Shown here: positions 18,297 to 26,235 of the stretch, in pieces
Position numbering within the stretch: the first letter of the stretch is position 1
How the letters are laid out: each line of letters opens with the position of its first letter
NCBI GenBank assembly: GCA_030526225.1
Contig: JAUNDF010000019.1
Span: forward strand, 1 to 30,988
Direction of reading: 5' to 3'
From: Clostridia bacterium
GTDB lineage: Bacteria > Bacillota > Clostridia > Christensenellales > Aristaeellaceae
Length of the DNA stretch: 30,988 nucleotides
The notes under the pieces: model-generated
The model's input: only the letters and a program-made list of their open reading frames with translations
Told to the model about the DNA's origin: nothing
Databases searched by the model: none
Translations under genes and position numbers: made by a program

Positions 18297-20414
18297 ATGA
18301 ATAATGAAGCAATCCGTCAGCGGGTGGAAGCACTGCTGGCGCAGATGACATTGGAGGAAAAGGTGGCCCAGCTGGTGCAGGTGCCCTATGCCCATAACGG
18401 CCGTGAGGAAAGCTTGCGCTGGGCAAAGATGGGTGCAGGCTCCTTCCTGCATATTCTGGGGGATGATGCCCGGGAGGTGCAGCAGACGGCGCTGCAGTCC
18501 CGACTGGGGATTCCGGTGATTTTCGGCATCGATGCCATCCATGGCCACGGCCTGAACCCCAACGCCACCATCTTCCCCAGCCAGCTGGCCTGTGCCTGCA
18601 GCTGGGATGCGGATACGGCGCGCACCATGGGCAGGGATACCGCCCGGGAGGTGGCCACCGACGGCCTGCACTGGACCTTTTCGCCGGTGCTGTGTCTGGG
18701 CCGTGATACACGCTGGGGCCGCATTGACGAGACCTTCGGCGAGGATCCGTATCTGGCGGCTGAGCTGGGCGCGGCCATTATCGAAGGGTATCAGGGCGAT
18801 GACCTGAGCGATGACGAGCATATTCTGGCCTGTGCCAAGCACTACCTTGGCTACGGCGAAGCCACCGGCGCCCGGGATGCCGTGGATACGGAATGCACCG
18901 AGCGCAAGATTCGCGAGGTGTTTCTGCCGCCCTTCAAACGGGCGGTGGAGGCGGGCTGTGCCACCATCATGACGGCATACGGAGCCATCGACGGTACGCC
19001 TTTGACATCCAATAAGCGCATGCTCAAGGACATCCTCCGGGATGAGCTGGGCTTTGACGGCTTCGTGGTTACCGACTGGGACAACGCGGCCTCTTTGGTG
19101 ACCAATCAGCACACGGCGGCAGACCTGAAGGAAGCCTCCCGGCAGGCGGCCGAGGCGGGCAACGACATGATGATGACTACCCTGGGCTTTTATGAGCATG
19201 CGGTGCAGGCCGTGCGGGAGGGAAGCCTTGACGAGGGCGTGATTGATGATGCTGTGCGCCATATCCTGACCATCAAATGCCGCATGGGCTTGTTTGAAAA
19301 GTGCGAAAAGACCGGCAGACCCGGCTGCATCGGCTGTGAGGAGCACCGCATGGATGCCCTGAATGCTGCCCGAAAGAGCGTAACGCTGCTGCGCAACAGC
19401 GGCATCCTGCCCCTGAAGGATGTAAAGAAGCTGGCTGTGGTGGGTGCCAATGCGGATGATATCCGTGCCCAGTACGGCGACTGGACCTACTTCACCCATC
19501 CCATTGCGGATGAGAACCGTCCGGCTGTGCGCCCCTATGTCACGCTGAAGGAAGGGCTGGTACAGATTTGCGCTGACAAGGGCATCGAAATGGTATATGC
19601 CCGTGGCTGCGGACCCATCGCAGATGACAGGGATGACATCCCCGCGGCACTGGCGGCGGCTGAGGGTGCCGATGCAGTGGTGCTGTGCGTGGGCGATACA
19701 TGGGCCCAGCATGGCGAAACAAAGGACAGAGCCAACCTGACCCTGTCCGGCAGACAGCTGGCGCTGTATCGGGCGCTGAAGCAGCAGGGGCACAAGGTTA
19801 TCACGGTGCTGGTGGCCTCCAAGCCCCTGTGCATGGAGGAGGCGGCATAGGCCGATGCGGTGCTGTGCGGCTTTAACGGCGGCATGTACGGCGGTCAGGC
19901 GCTGGCAGAGGCCATCTTCGGCATCATCAATCCGGAGGGACGGCTGCCCATCACCTTCCCGCGTCATTCCGGTCAGCTGCCGGTGTACTACAATCAGCTC
20001 CCCGGCTGGCATGGCGGCAAATACTGCGATTTGCCCGAAACGCCCCTGTTCGCCTTTGGCGAGGGCATGGGCTATGCACCCTTCCGCTACGACAGCGCGG
20101 CCTTTGACAAGGACACCATGACCGTGCAGGTGCAGCTGACCAACACCGGCGACATCCCCGGCACGGAAACCGTGCAGGTGTATGTGCACGATGTGGTTTC
20201 CAGCGTAATGCAGCCGGTGAAGCGGCTGGTGAAGTTTGCCAAGGTTACGCTGGCTGCGGGGGAAACGAAGACCGTCTCCCTGCCCCTGACCATGGAGGAC
20301 TTCTCCCTTGTCAACGCTGCCTGTCAGCGCGTGGTTGAGCCGGGCCTGTTTGAAATCATGGCCGGGCATTCCAGCAAGGACGAGGATTTGCTGAAAACGG
20401 AAGTTGAATGGTAA
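18297..20414 (+). CDS. Glycoside hydrolase family 3 enzyme (beta-glucosidase / beta-xylosidase / arabinofuranosidase type) containing one in-frame TAG (19848-19850)
   Basis: ORFs 18234..19850 and 19860..20414 share one frame, separated by TAG plus 3 sense codons. RBS GGGAGGA lies upstream of ATG 18297. GH3 motifs present are FGIDAIHG, KHYLGYG, nucleophile region GFDGFVVTDWD, PLCMEEAA[TAG]ADAVLCGFNGGMYGGQALAEAIFG..NPEGRLPITFP, and a C-terminal Fn3-like domain (VQVQLTNTGDIPGTETVQVYV). TAA stop. Confidence 0.75.
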
Positions 20415-20439
20415 CAAAAATGCCCTGCACAGGCAGGGC
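20415..20439 (-). terminator. Terminator hairpin between convergent GH3 and DUF2442 genes
   Basis: GCCCTGC-acag-GCAGGGC, with an A-run upstream that gives ATTTTTG on the minus strand. Confidence 0.55.
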
Positions 20440-20441
20440 GG

Positions 20442-20732
20442 TTAAGATACGGAAGCATATTCAAAGCTGTTGGCGTACATGTATTCCGGCGAGCAGTCGA
20501 TATCACCGTCCAGCCAGGTGACAACGCCGTGGTCCAGCTGTGCGTTTTTGAACACCTCAATGTCCTTCAGCGGCTGGAATACGGGTCCCTGCAGGAGCGT
20601 GGCATCAAACAAACGCTGTTCGCCGGTGGAAAAGGTCAGAATCATCATAAAATCATCCAGCGGCTTTACCTTCACGATTTTGATGGGGCCGGAAGGCTGA
20701 CCGCCATAAACATATCCGTCTTTGATGTACAT
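20442..20732 (-). CDS. DUF2442-family small protein
   Basis: 96-aa protein. The pattern VKPLDDFMMILTFSTGEQRLFD...HGVVTWLDGDIDCSPEYMY resembles DUF2442. It is tightly coupled to the upstream DUF4160 gene by an 11-nt gap. TAA stop. Confidence 0.7.
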   Translation of the reverse strand: MYIKDGYVYGGQPSGPIKIVKVKPLDDFMMILTFSTGEQRLFDATLLQGPVFQPLKDIEVFKNAQLDHGVVTWLDGDIDCSPEYMYANSFEYASVS

Positions 20733-20743
20733 GGTGTCCTCCT

Positions 20744-21010
20744 TTATTTCAGCGGGTCGATTTTGTCAAAGGGCATGGAGCGCACGGCTTTGTTCCATGC
20801 CTCATACAATTCATCTTCGTGGATTGCCATCCAGCCGGACAGCATGCGATACTGCTTCACCGGAAGACGGCCTTCAAGGATTTCACCGTCAAGGCCGACA
20901 GATGCTTCGTCCTCACCGTAGTAAACATGGACATGAGGCTTGTGATGCTTATCGTTGTCGTTGAATAACATTTTGATGACCAGCCCGAAGAATCGGCTTA
21001 ATTCCGGCAT
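20744..21010 (-). CDS. DUF4160-family small protein
   Basis: MPELSRFFGLVIKMLFNDNDKHHKPHVHVYYGEDEASV...GRLPVKQYRMLSGWMAIHEDEL matches the DUF4160 pattern. RBS GGGAGGG lies 6 nt upstream of ATG 21010, so the ORF-track start at 21031 is too early. TAA stop. Confidence 0.72.
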   Translation of the reverse strand: MPELSRFFGLVIKMLFNDNDKHHKPHVHVYYGEDEASVGLDGEILEGRLPVKQYRMLSGWMAIHEDELYEAWNKAVRSMPFDKIDPLK

Positions 21011-21099
21011 TGAAATCCCTCCCTGCAGCATATGCTTTCTATCTTCATTATACCGAATCCTGCATAAAACTCAAGTAGAGCAACAATCGAGGTACAACG

Positions 21100-22407
21100 A
21101 TGATTCGCATGGAAATTGCGCTGCTTCTGGTGCTGTTGTTTGTGGCGTTCAACTACTTCACGGCATGGAAAAAGCAGACACCCCTGCATGCCACCTTTGC
21201 GGTGCTGCTGGTAACGGCCATCTACCATGTGGCGCTGGATGGCATCAGCGTGTACACGGTGGCGCGGCTGGATACCATCCCCCTGTGGATAAACGATCTG
21301 GTGCACCGGTTCTTTATCGGCACCATGATTCTGGTGGTCTATCTGTTTTATCAGTACATCTCCACTTTGGTGGAGGATGAAACGGGCAAGCCGTCCCCAA
21401 GGCTGAACGCCTTTGCCAGAATCTACCTGATGATGGCATAGGCCGGGGCGGCTTTCCTGCCGGTGCACTACGCGGTCACGCCTTTGGGCAACTACTCCGA
21501 CGGCATTCATGCCATGAGCTGCTACGTGCATGTCAGCTTTTATCTGGTGCTGTGCGTGATTATGCTGGCGGTGAACTGGAAGCAGATTTCCGTCAAAAAG
21601 CGGAATGTCATCGGCTCGGCCATGGCCATTGAGATGATTATTTCGCTGCTGCAGTCCTTCAACCCCACATGGCTGATTTCCTCCATGGGCATCACCCTGA
21701 TGACACTGGCCTTCTACCTGACGCTGGAAAATCCGGATATCCTTCGCGGCGAGCTGGTGGAGCAGAAGATGTCCATGCTGTACCTGAAAAGTCAGGTCAA
21801 TCCTCATTTCCTGTACAACACATTAGGGGCTATCCGCATTCAGGCAGAGCTTGACGGCGACAAAAAGGTGGCTGATTTGCTGATGCGGCTGGCGGATTTT
21901 TTTCGCATGAGCGTGAAGGTGGACCGGCCCATGGTATAGCTGGAAAGCGAACTGGATATGCTGGATGCGTACATGGATTTGATGTGCTACCGCTATCCGG
22001 AGCTGCACTACGAGTGTGACATCGAGCCGGAGCTGTATGAAGCGGCGGTGCCCAATTTCATCCTCCAGCCCATGGTGGAAAACAGCCTGCTCCACGGCTT
22101 GAAGAACAAGGGCTACCGCGGCACTGTGGCGGTGACGGCCCGGGCAACGGAGCAGGGCATGGAAATCACCGTGAAGGACAACGGCGCGGGCTTTGCCGAA
22201 GGGAAAAAGGCCGCCATCGATGCCATGCTTCGCCACTACGCCAAGCATGCCCCCAAGCTGGAGGGCAACAGCATCGGTGTGCTGAATGTGCAAAAGCGCA
22301 TCAAGCTGCTGTGCGGCAAACAGTACGGCCTCAGCTATACGGAAAACCCTGACGGCGGCGTAACGGCGCATCTGCTGCTGCCGCTGGAAAAGGAGAAGGT
22401 GCAATGA
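21100..22407 (+). CDS. Membrane-embedded YesM/LytS-type sensor histidine kinase (multi-TM N-terminus) containing two in-frame TAG codons (21439-21441, 21937-21939)
   Basis: Three ORF pieces (21100.., 21463.., 21958..) share one frame and are separated only by TAG. H-box region KSQVNPHFLYNTLGAI, N-box ILQPMVENSLLHGLK, G1 VKDNGAGF and the GNSIGVLNVQKRI motif are intact. RBS GAGG. The TGA stop overlaps the regulator start (ATGA). Confidence 0.7.
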
Positions 22408-23144
22408 ACAAACTGCGTGTATTGCTTGTGGATGACGAAATCATGGTCCGGGAGGGCTTCAAGCGGCTGTTTGACTGGGAGGCCCATGACTGTCAGGTGG
22501 TGGGCGAGGCGGCTGACGGCATGGAGGCCCTCAGCCGGCTGGATGCCCTGAACCCCGACATCGTGATTATGGACATCAACATCCCCATCATGAACGGGCT
22601 GAAGGTGATTCAGGTCGGGCGCATCAAGCATCCGGACACGGCGTTCATCATCGTTTCCGGCTATGATGATTTTGCCTACTGCCGGGAAGCCCTGCGGCTG
22701 CAGATTACCGATTACATCCTCAAGCCCGTCAATTACGAGGAATTCGGCGAGTGCATCGACCGGCTGAAGATTTCCATGTTCCGCCGCCACAGCGAGGAAG
22801 CGGTGGAGGCAGGGGAGGAGCGGCCCATCAACCAGATTACCCGCTATATGCAGGAGCATCTGGAGGAGGACATCACCCTGTCGGTGCTGGCGGATGAATT
22901 CCACATGAACGGCCAGTACATCAGCCAGCTGTTTAAAAACGAGATTGGCGTGGGCTTTCTGACCTACCTGACCAACATCCGCATGGAGAAGGCCAAAAAG
23001 CTGCTGCTGTCCACCTCCCTTTCCATTGCGGATGTGGCGGCCAAATCCGGCTATGGCGATTACCGCGTGTTCACCAAGACCTTCCGCAAGCAGGAGGGGA
23101 TTACCCCGTCCCAGTTCCGCCGCGATTTTTTGAGCAGCGAATAA
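22404..23144 (+). CDS. Response regulator with REC domain and AraC-type HTH (short YesN-like)
   Basis: VLLVDDE, DIVIMDINIPIMNG, IVSGYDDF and YILKP. The C-terminal HTH is LSVLADEFHMNGQYISQLFKNEIGVGFLTYL...GYGDYRVFTKTFRKQEGITPSQFR. TAA stop. Confidence 0.88.
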   Translation: MNKLRVLLVDDEIMVREGFKRLFDWEAHDCQVVGEAADGMEALSRLDALNPDIVIMDINIPIMNGLKVIQVGRIKHPDTAFIIVSGYDDFAYCREALRLQITDYILKPVNYEEFGECIDRLKISMFRRHSEEAVEAGEERPINQITRYMQEHLEEDITLSVLADEFHMNGQYISQLFKNEIGVGFLTYLTNIRMEKAKKLLLSTSLSIADVAAKSGYGDYRVFTKTFRKQEGITPSQFRRDFLSSE

Positions 23145-23286
23145 AGTTGTGTTTACATCTCTAAATCGGACACAATCAACTGCAAAAATACTGTATAGAA
23201 ATAAGTGCGCCTGTCGTACAATAGCAGTGTCGAAAGGGAATCCGAAACGATGACAAATAAATCCCTTTACACAAAGGAGAATGCAT

Positions 23287-23526
23287 ATGAACATCAAGGA
23301 AACACTGCGGAGCAAGCGCCTTTATAAGAGCCGTGACAACAAGATGATTACCGGTGTGTGCGGCGGCGTGGCCGAATATCTGGACCTGGACCCCACCATC
23401 ATCCGGCTGGTGTGGACCATCCTGTGCGCCGTGGCCGGCAGCGGGATTCTGTGCTACATTGTGGCCAGCCTGATTATCCCCGACCGCACGGATGATGAGA
23501 ATGATTTTGGGAAGGAAGTGCGCTGA
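23287..23526 (+). CDS. PspC-domain membrane protein
   Basis: LYKSRDNKMITGVCGGVAEYLDLDPTIIRLVW followed by a TM helix. RBS AGGAG lies 7 nt upstream of ATG 23287. TGA stop. Confidence 0.8.
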   Translation: MNIKETLRSKRLYKSRDNKMITGVCGGVAEYLDLDPTIIRLVWTILCAVAGSGILCYIVASLIIPDRTDDENDFGKEVR

Positions 23527-23527
23527 A

Positions 23528-23791
23528 ATGATTGCATTCATCAAGGCGGCACTGCCGTGGATTCTCTGCGGATTGCCCATTGCCATCATCTGCAGCCGCG
23601 ATTTCAAGGTCAGGCAATCAGGCGGCAAGGTGGATCCTGCCATCCTTGCGGGCCTCGGTCTTGGCCTTGTGGGCGGTGTGGCCCTCAATCGGGTGGGTCT
23701 GTGGGATAACCACATCTTCGGCATCGCCATCGGCGTGCTATGGGGGCTTGCGATTGTGATAAGCCGCAAACCGAAGGAAACGGAAGAATAA
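23528..23791 (+). CDS. Small hydrophobic membrane protein, unknown function
   Basis: 87-aa ORF starting 2 nt after the PspC stop (MIAFIKAALPWILCGLPIAIIC...), with about 3 predicted TM segments. I recognise no family. TAA stop. Confidence 0.5.
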   Translation: MIAFIKAALPWILCGLPIAIICSRDFKVRQSGGKVDPAILAGLGLGLVGGVALNRVGLWDNHIFGIAIGVLWGLAIVISRKPKETEE

Positions 23792-23796
23792 GAAAG

Positions 23797-23834
23797 CCCG
23801 CGCATCTCCGAAAATGGGGATGCGCGGGTTTTTA
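23797..23834 (+). terminator. Rho-independent terminator after the PspC operon; overlaps the convergent antiporter stop
   Basis: CCCGCGCATC...GATGCGCGGG stem followed by TTTTTAT. Confidence 0.7.
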
Positions 23835-25010
23835 TGCCTTCTTCAGCAATTTCCGGTATGTGGTATCAATGGCAAAGGCACCAAGCGGTGCGGTGAGGAC
23901 GATGGCCAGCACGGCGGCGGTCAGGACGGTGTCGCCGCAGGCAAGGCCGAGGGCCAGCGGAATGCCGCCGATGGCTGCCTGCACGGTGGCCTTGGGGGTG
24001 TAGGCCAGCATGGTAAACAGGCGCTCACCGGAGGTCAATGGCGTTTTGACCACACACAGCAGCACACCCAGCATGCGGAAAATGAGGGCGAAAACAATCA
24101 GCAGCAGCGCAGGCATGCCCACATGGGTGATATAGCCGATGTTCACCGCTGCGCCCACCAGCACAAACAGGAACACCTCTGCGCCGACCCACAGCTTGCC
24201 ATACTTTGCGCTGATGCGCCCGGCCAGCTCCGGCCTTGATTGCTTCAGCCCGATGCCCGTAAACATCACGGCAATCAGTGCGGAAAAGGTGATGGCCGTC
24301 TGCAGTGAATCCTCGAGGGTGACAAGCAGGAAGGACAGGCTGAGGAGAATCATCACCTTGGCCGTATCCCGGATGTGGAAGCGGGTGAACAGCACCGTCA
24401 TCAGCCGGCCTGCCATCAGCCCGATGATGATGCCCAGCAGGATGGACACGGGGATGTTGACGAACTGCATCACCGATGCGCCCTGTCCCTGCAGCATGCC
24501 CACAAAGGTGGAGAACAGAACGATGACATACACATCATCCACCGAAGCACCGGCGAGAATCAGCTGCGGGATGCCCTCGCGGGTGCCATAGCCTTCGTCC
24601 ATCAGCCGGACCATCCGCGGCACCACCACCGCCGGAGAGACGGCGGCCAGCACGGCGCCCAGCACCGCGGCCTCCTGCAGGGAAAGCCCCAGGAGCAGGG
24701 GACCCAGCAGCATGGTGCCCAACAGCTCCATGGTGGCGGGGACAAAGCACATCATCAGCGCGGGCCGCCCCAGCTTTTTCAGGGCGGACAGGTCAAGCCC
24801 CAGCCCGGCTCTGGTGAGGATGATAATCAGCGCGATTTTTCTCAATTCCGCCGATACAGACAGGATGGATGCATCCAGCAGGTTCAGGGCGCAGGGGCCC
24901 AGCAGAATGCCCGTGGCCAGCATGCCCAGCAGCGGCGGCAGCTTCAAACGGCGGCAGACCCAGCCGGTGAGCATGCCCGGCAGAAGAATCAAGGCGATGG
25001 ATAACAGCAT
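23832..25010 (-). CDS. Cation:proton antiporter (Na+/H+ exchanger family, CPA-type)
   Basis: 392-aa polytopic protein. N-terminal pattern LPPLLGMLATGILLGPCALNLLD, then LIIILTRAGLGLDL and AAVSPAVVVP, typical of Na_H_Exchanger proteins. RBS AGGAGG lies 6 nt upstream. TAA stop. Confidence 0.8.
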   Translation of the reverse strand: MLLSIALILLPGMLTGWVCRRLKLPPLLGMLATGILLGPCALNLLDASILSVSAELRKIALIIILTRAGLGLDLSALKKLGRPALMMCFVPATMELLGTMLLGPLLLGLSLQEAAVLGAVLAAVSPAVVVPRMVRLMDEGYGTREGIPQLILAGASVDDVYVIVLFSTFVGMLQGQGASVMQFVNIPVSILLGIIIGLMAGRLMTVLFTRFHIRDTAKVMILLSLSFLLVTLEDSLQTAITFSALIAVMFTGIGLKQSRPELAGRISAKYGKLWVGAEVFLFVLVGAAVNIGYITHVGMPALLLIVFALIFRMLGVLLCVVKTPLTSGERLFTMLAYTPKATVQAAIGGIPLALGLACGDTVLTAAVLAIVLTAPLGAFAIDTTYRKLLKKA

Positions 25011-25136
25011 GTGGTTCCTCCTTCATGCGCAAAAAAAGCTGGTGCTCCTGCGCAGTCATCGCAGAAGTCATCAGCCTGAAAAAGCGGTTTCGGCAGCAAA
25101 CTGCCGCGGGAGAACTTCATTCCCGTTTGCGGCGAT

Positions 25137-25166
25137 AGTGTAGCACAACATGGGGCGGCAGGTCAA
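25137..25166 (-). promoter_or_regulatory. Candidate promoter for the antiporter gene, giving a leader of about 120 nt
   Basis: Minus strand reads TTGACC-N18-TACACT, with TGC immediately upstream of the -10 (extended -10-like). Confidence 0.4.
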
Positions 25167-25192
25167 GAGGGGGAGAGATGCATTTCCGGTAT

Positions 25193-25220
25193 TTGCCAAA
25201 TCTCTAAATTATAGTATAAT
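25193..25220 (+). promoter_or_regulatory. Candidate sigma-A promoter for the activase cluster
   Basis: TTGCCA (25193-25198), a 16-nt spacer, then TATAAT (25215-25220). Confidence 0.5.
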
Positions 25221-25305
25221 AATCTTTACCGGTCGTTTTGCGGCCGGGTGGGAGAGTGTGAATTTCTTCTATATATAGTGATTGATACTGGAGATGATCC
25301 CCGAT

Positions 25306-26235
25306 ATGGAACCCCGCAGCATAAAGGTGGGCCTGCCCCGGGCGTTTTTGTACCACCGGTACAAGGACATGTGGAAGGCCTTTTTCGATGCACTGGGCGT
25401 GGAAACGGTTGTATCCGCACCCACGGTCCGCGCAGACCTTGACAACGGCAGTGCCGTGGCCATTGACGAAACCTGCGTCAGCGAAAAAATCTGGTTCGGC
25501 CATGTGCAGCAGCTCATCGGCAAGTGCGACCACATTCTGGTGCCCCGCATTTCTTCCGTGGGGAAGGAACGCATTTTCTGCACCCGCTTTGAGGCGCTGC
25601 CCGACATCACCCGGGCGGTGTTCTATGCCTCCGGCCAGAGCATTGTGGATTACAACATCGACGTGCAGAAGAAATCCTCCGAGGAGGATGCCTTCATCGA
25701 CCTTGGCGTGAAGCTGGGCTTTGCGCCCCGTGAGGCCAAGCGCGCCTATAAGGATGCGCTCCGTGCGGATGCGAAAATCTGGAAGCAGCGCGTTGCCGCC
25801 GAGGAAAAGAAGCTGACCGGGCCGGGCATGAAGGTGCTCATCTGCGCCCACAGCTATGTGCTGGAGGACAGCTACATCGGCAAGCCTGTGCTGGATTTCC
25901 TGCGGGAAAACGATGTGAAGGCCATTCGTGCCGACATCTGCGACCGTGATGCCGCCCGCCGCAAGTGCGCCGCCCTGTCGCCCACCTGCCACTGGGAGCT
26001 GAACTGCGAAATCATGGGCTCTGCCGCCCTGCGCGCCGACAAGGTGGACGGCGTCATCCTGATGAGCGCCTTCCCCTGCGGCCCCGATTCCATGGTCAAC
26101 GAAATGATGATGCGCAAAATCAAGGGTGTGCCCATGCTCAACATTGTGCTGGACGGACAGAACGGCACCGCCGGTCTGGAAACGCGGCTGGAGAGCTTTA
26201 TCGACATTATCCGCTTCAAGGAGGGATTGCTGTGA
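25306..26235 (+). CDS. DUF2229-like protein (CoA-enzyme-activase-associated domain), first of two
   Basis: N-terminal IKVGLPRAFLYHRYKDMWKAFFDALGVETVVS, then later LMSAFPCGPDSM and LDGQNGTAGLETRLESFIDI. These resemble the non-ATPase domains of long acyl-CoA dehydratase activase-related proteins. The start is uncertain (25294 or 25306). TGA stop. Confidence 0.65.
   Translation: MEPRSIKVGLPRAFLYHRYKDMWKAFFDALGVETVVSAPTVRADLDNGSAVAIDETCVSEKIWFGHVQQLIGKCDHILVPRISSVGKERIFCTRFEALPDITRAVFYASGQSIVDYNIDVQKKSSEEDAFIDLGVKLGFAPREAKRAYKDALRADAKIWKQRVAAEEKKLTGPGMKVLICAHSYVLEDSYIGKPVLDFLRENDVKAIRADICDRDAARRKCAALSPTCHWELNCEIMGSAALRADKVDGVILMSAFPCGPDSMVNEMMMRKIKGVPMLNIVLDGQNGTAGLETRLESFIDIIRFKEGLL

Noticed and set aside
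17502-20417. A 971-aa ORF on the minus strand, with similar long antisense ORFs at 15807..17177 (-), 25872..28280 (-), 29444..30970 (-), 1039..2307 (+), 9102..10169 (-), 2564..3703 (-) and 12217..13338 (-).
   Set aside because: Each lies exactly antisense to a gene with clear family motifs. Their translations are low-complexity and rich in G, A, H, Q, R, L and V, as expected for shadow frames in GC-rich DNA. None has a plausible RBS or recognisable domain.
1036-22407. Pyrrolysine specifically as the residue encoded by the in-frame TAGs.
   Set aside because: The window contains no pyl genes, methylamine methyltransferases or PYLIS-like context. The affected genes (kinases, a GH3, a transglutaminase) are not known Pyl proteins. 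The inserted residue cannot be assigned from this window, so I report only that TAG appears to be decoded.
23157-25206. A 10-nt direct repeat, ATCTCTAAAT, at 23157-23166 and 25197-25206, flanking the PspC, membrane-protein and antiporter block. It could be a mobile-element boundary or a shared operator.
   Set aside because: It is short, lies in AT-rich promoter regions where chance matches are likely, has no extended flanking similarity and has no associated recombinase.
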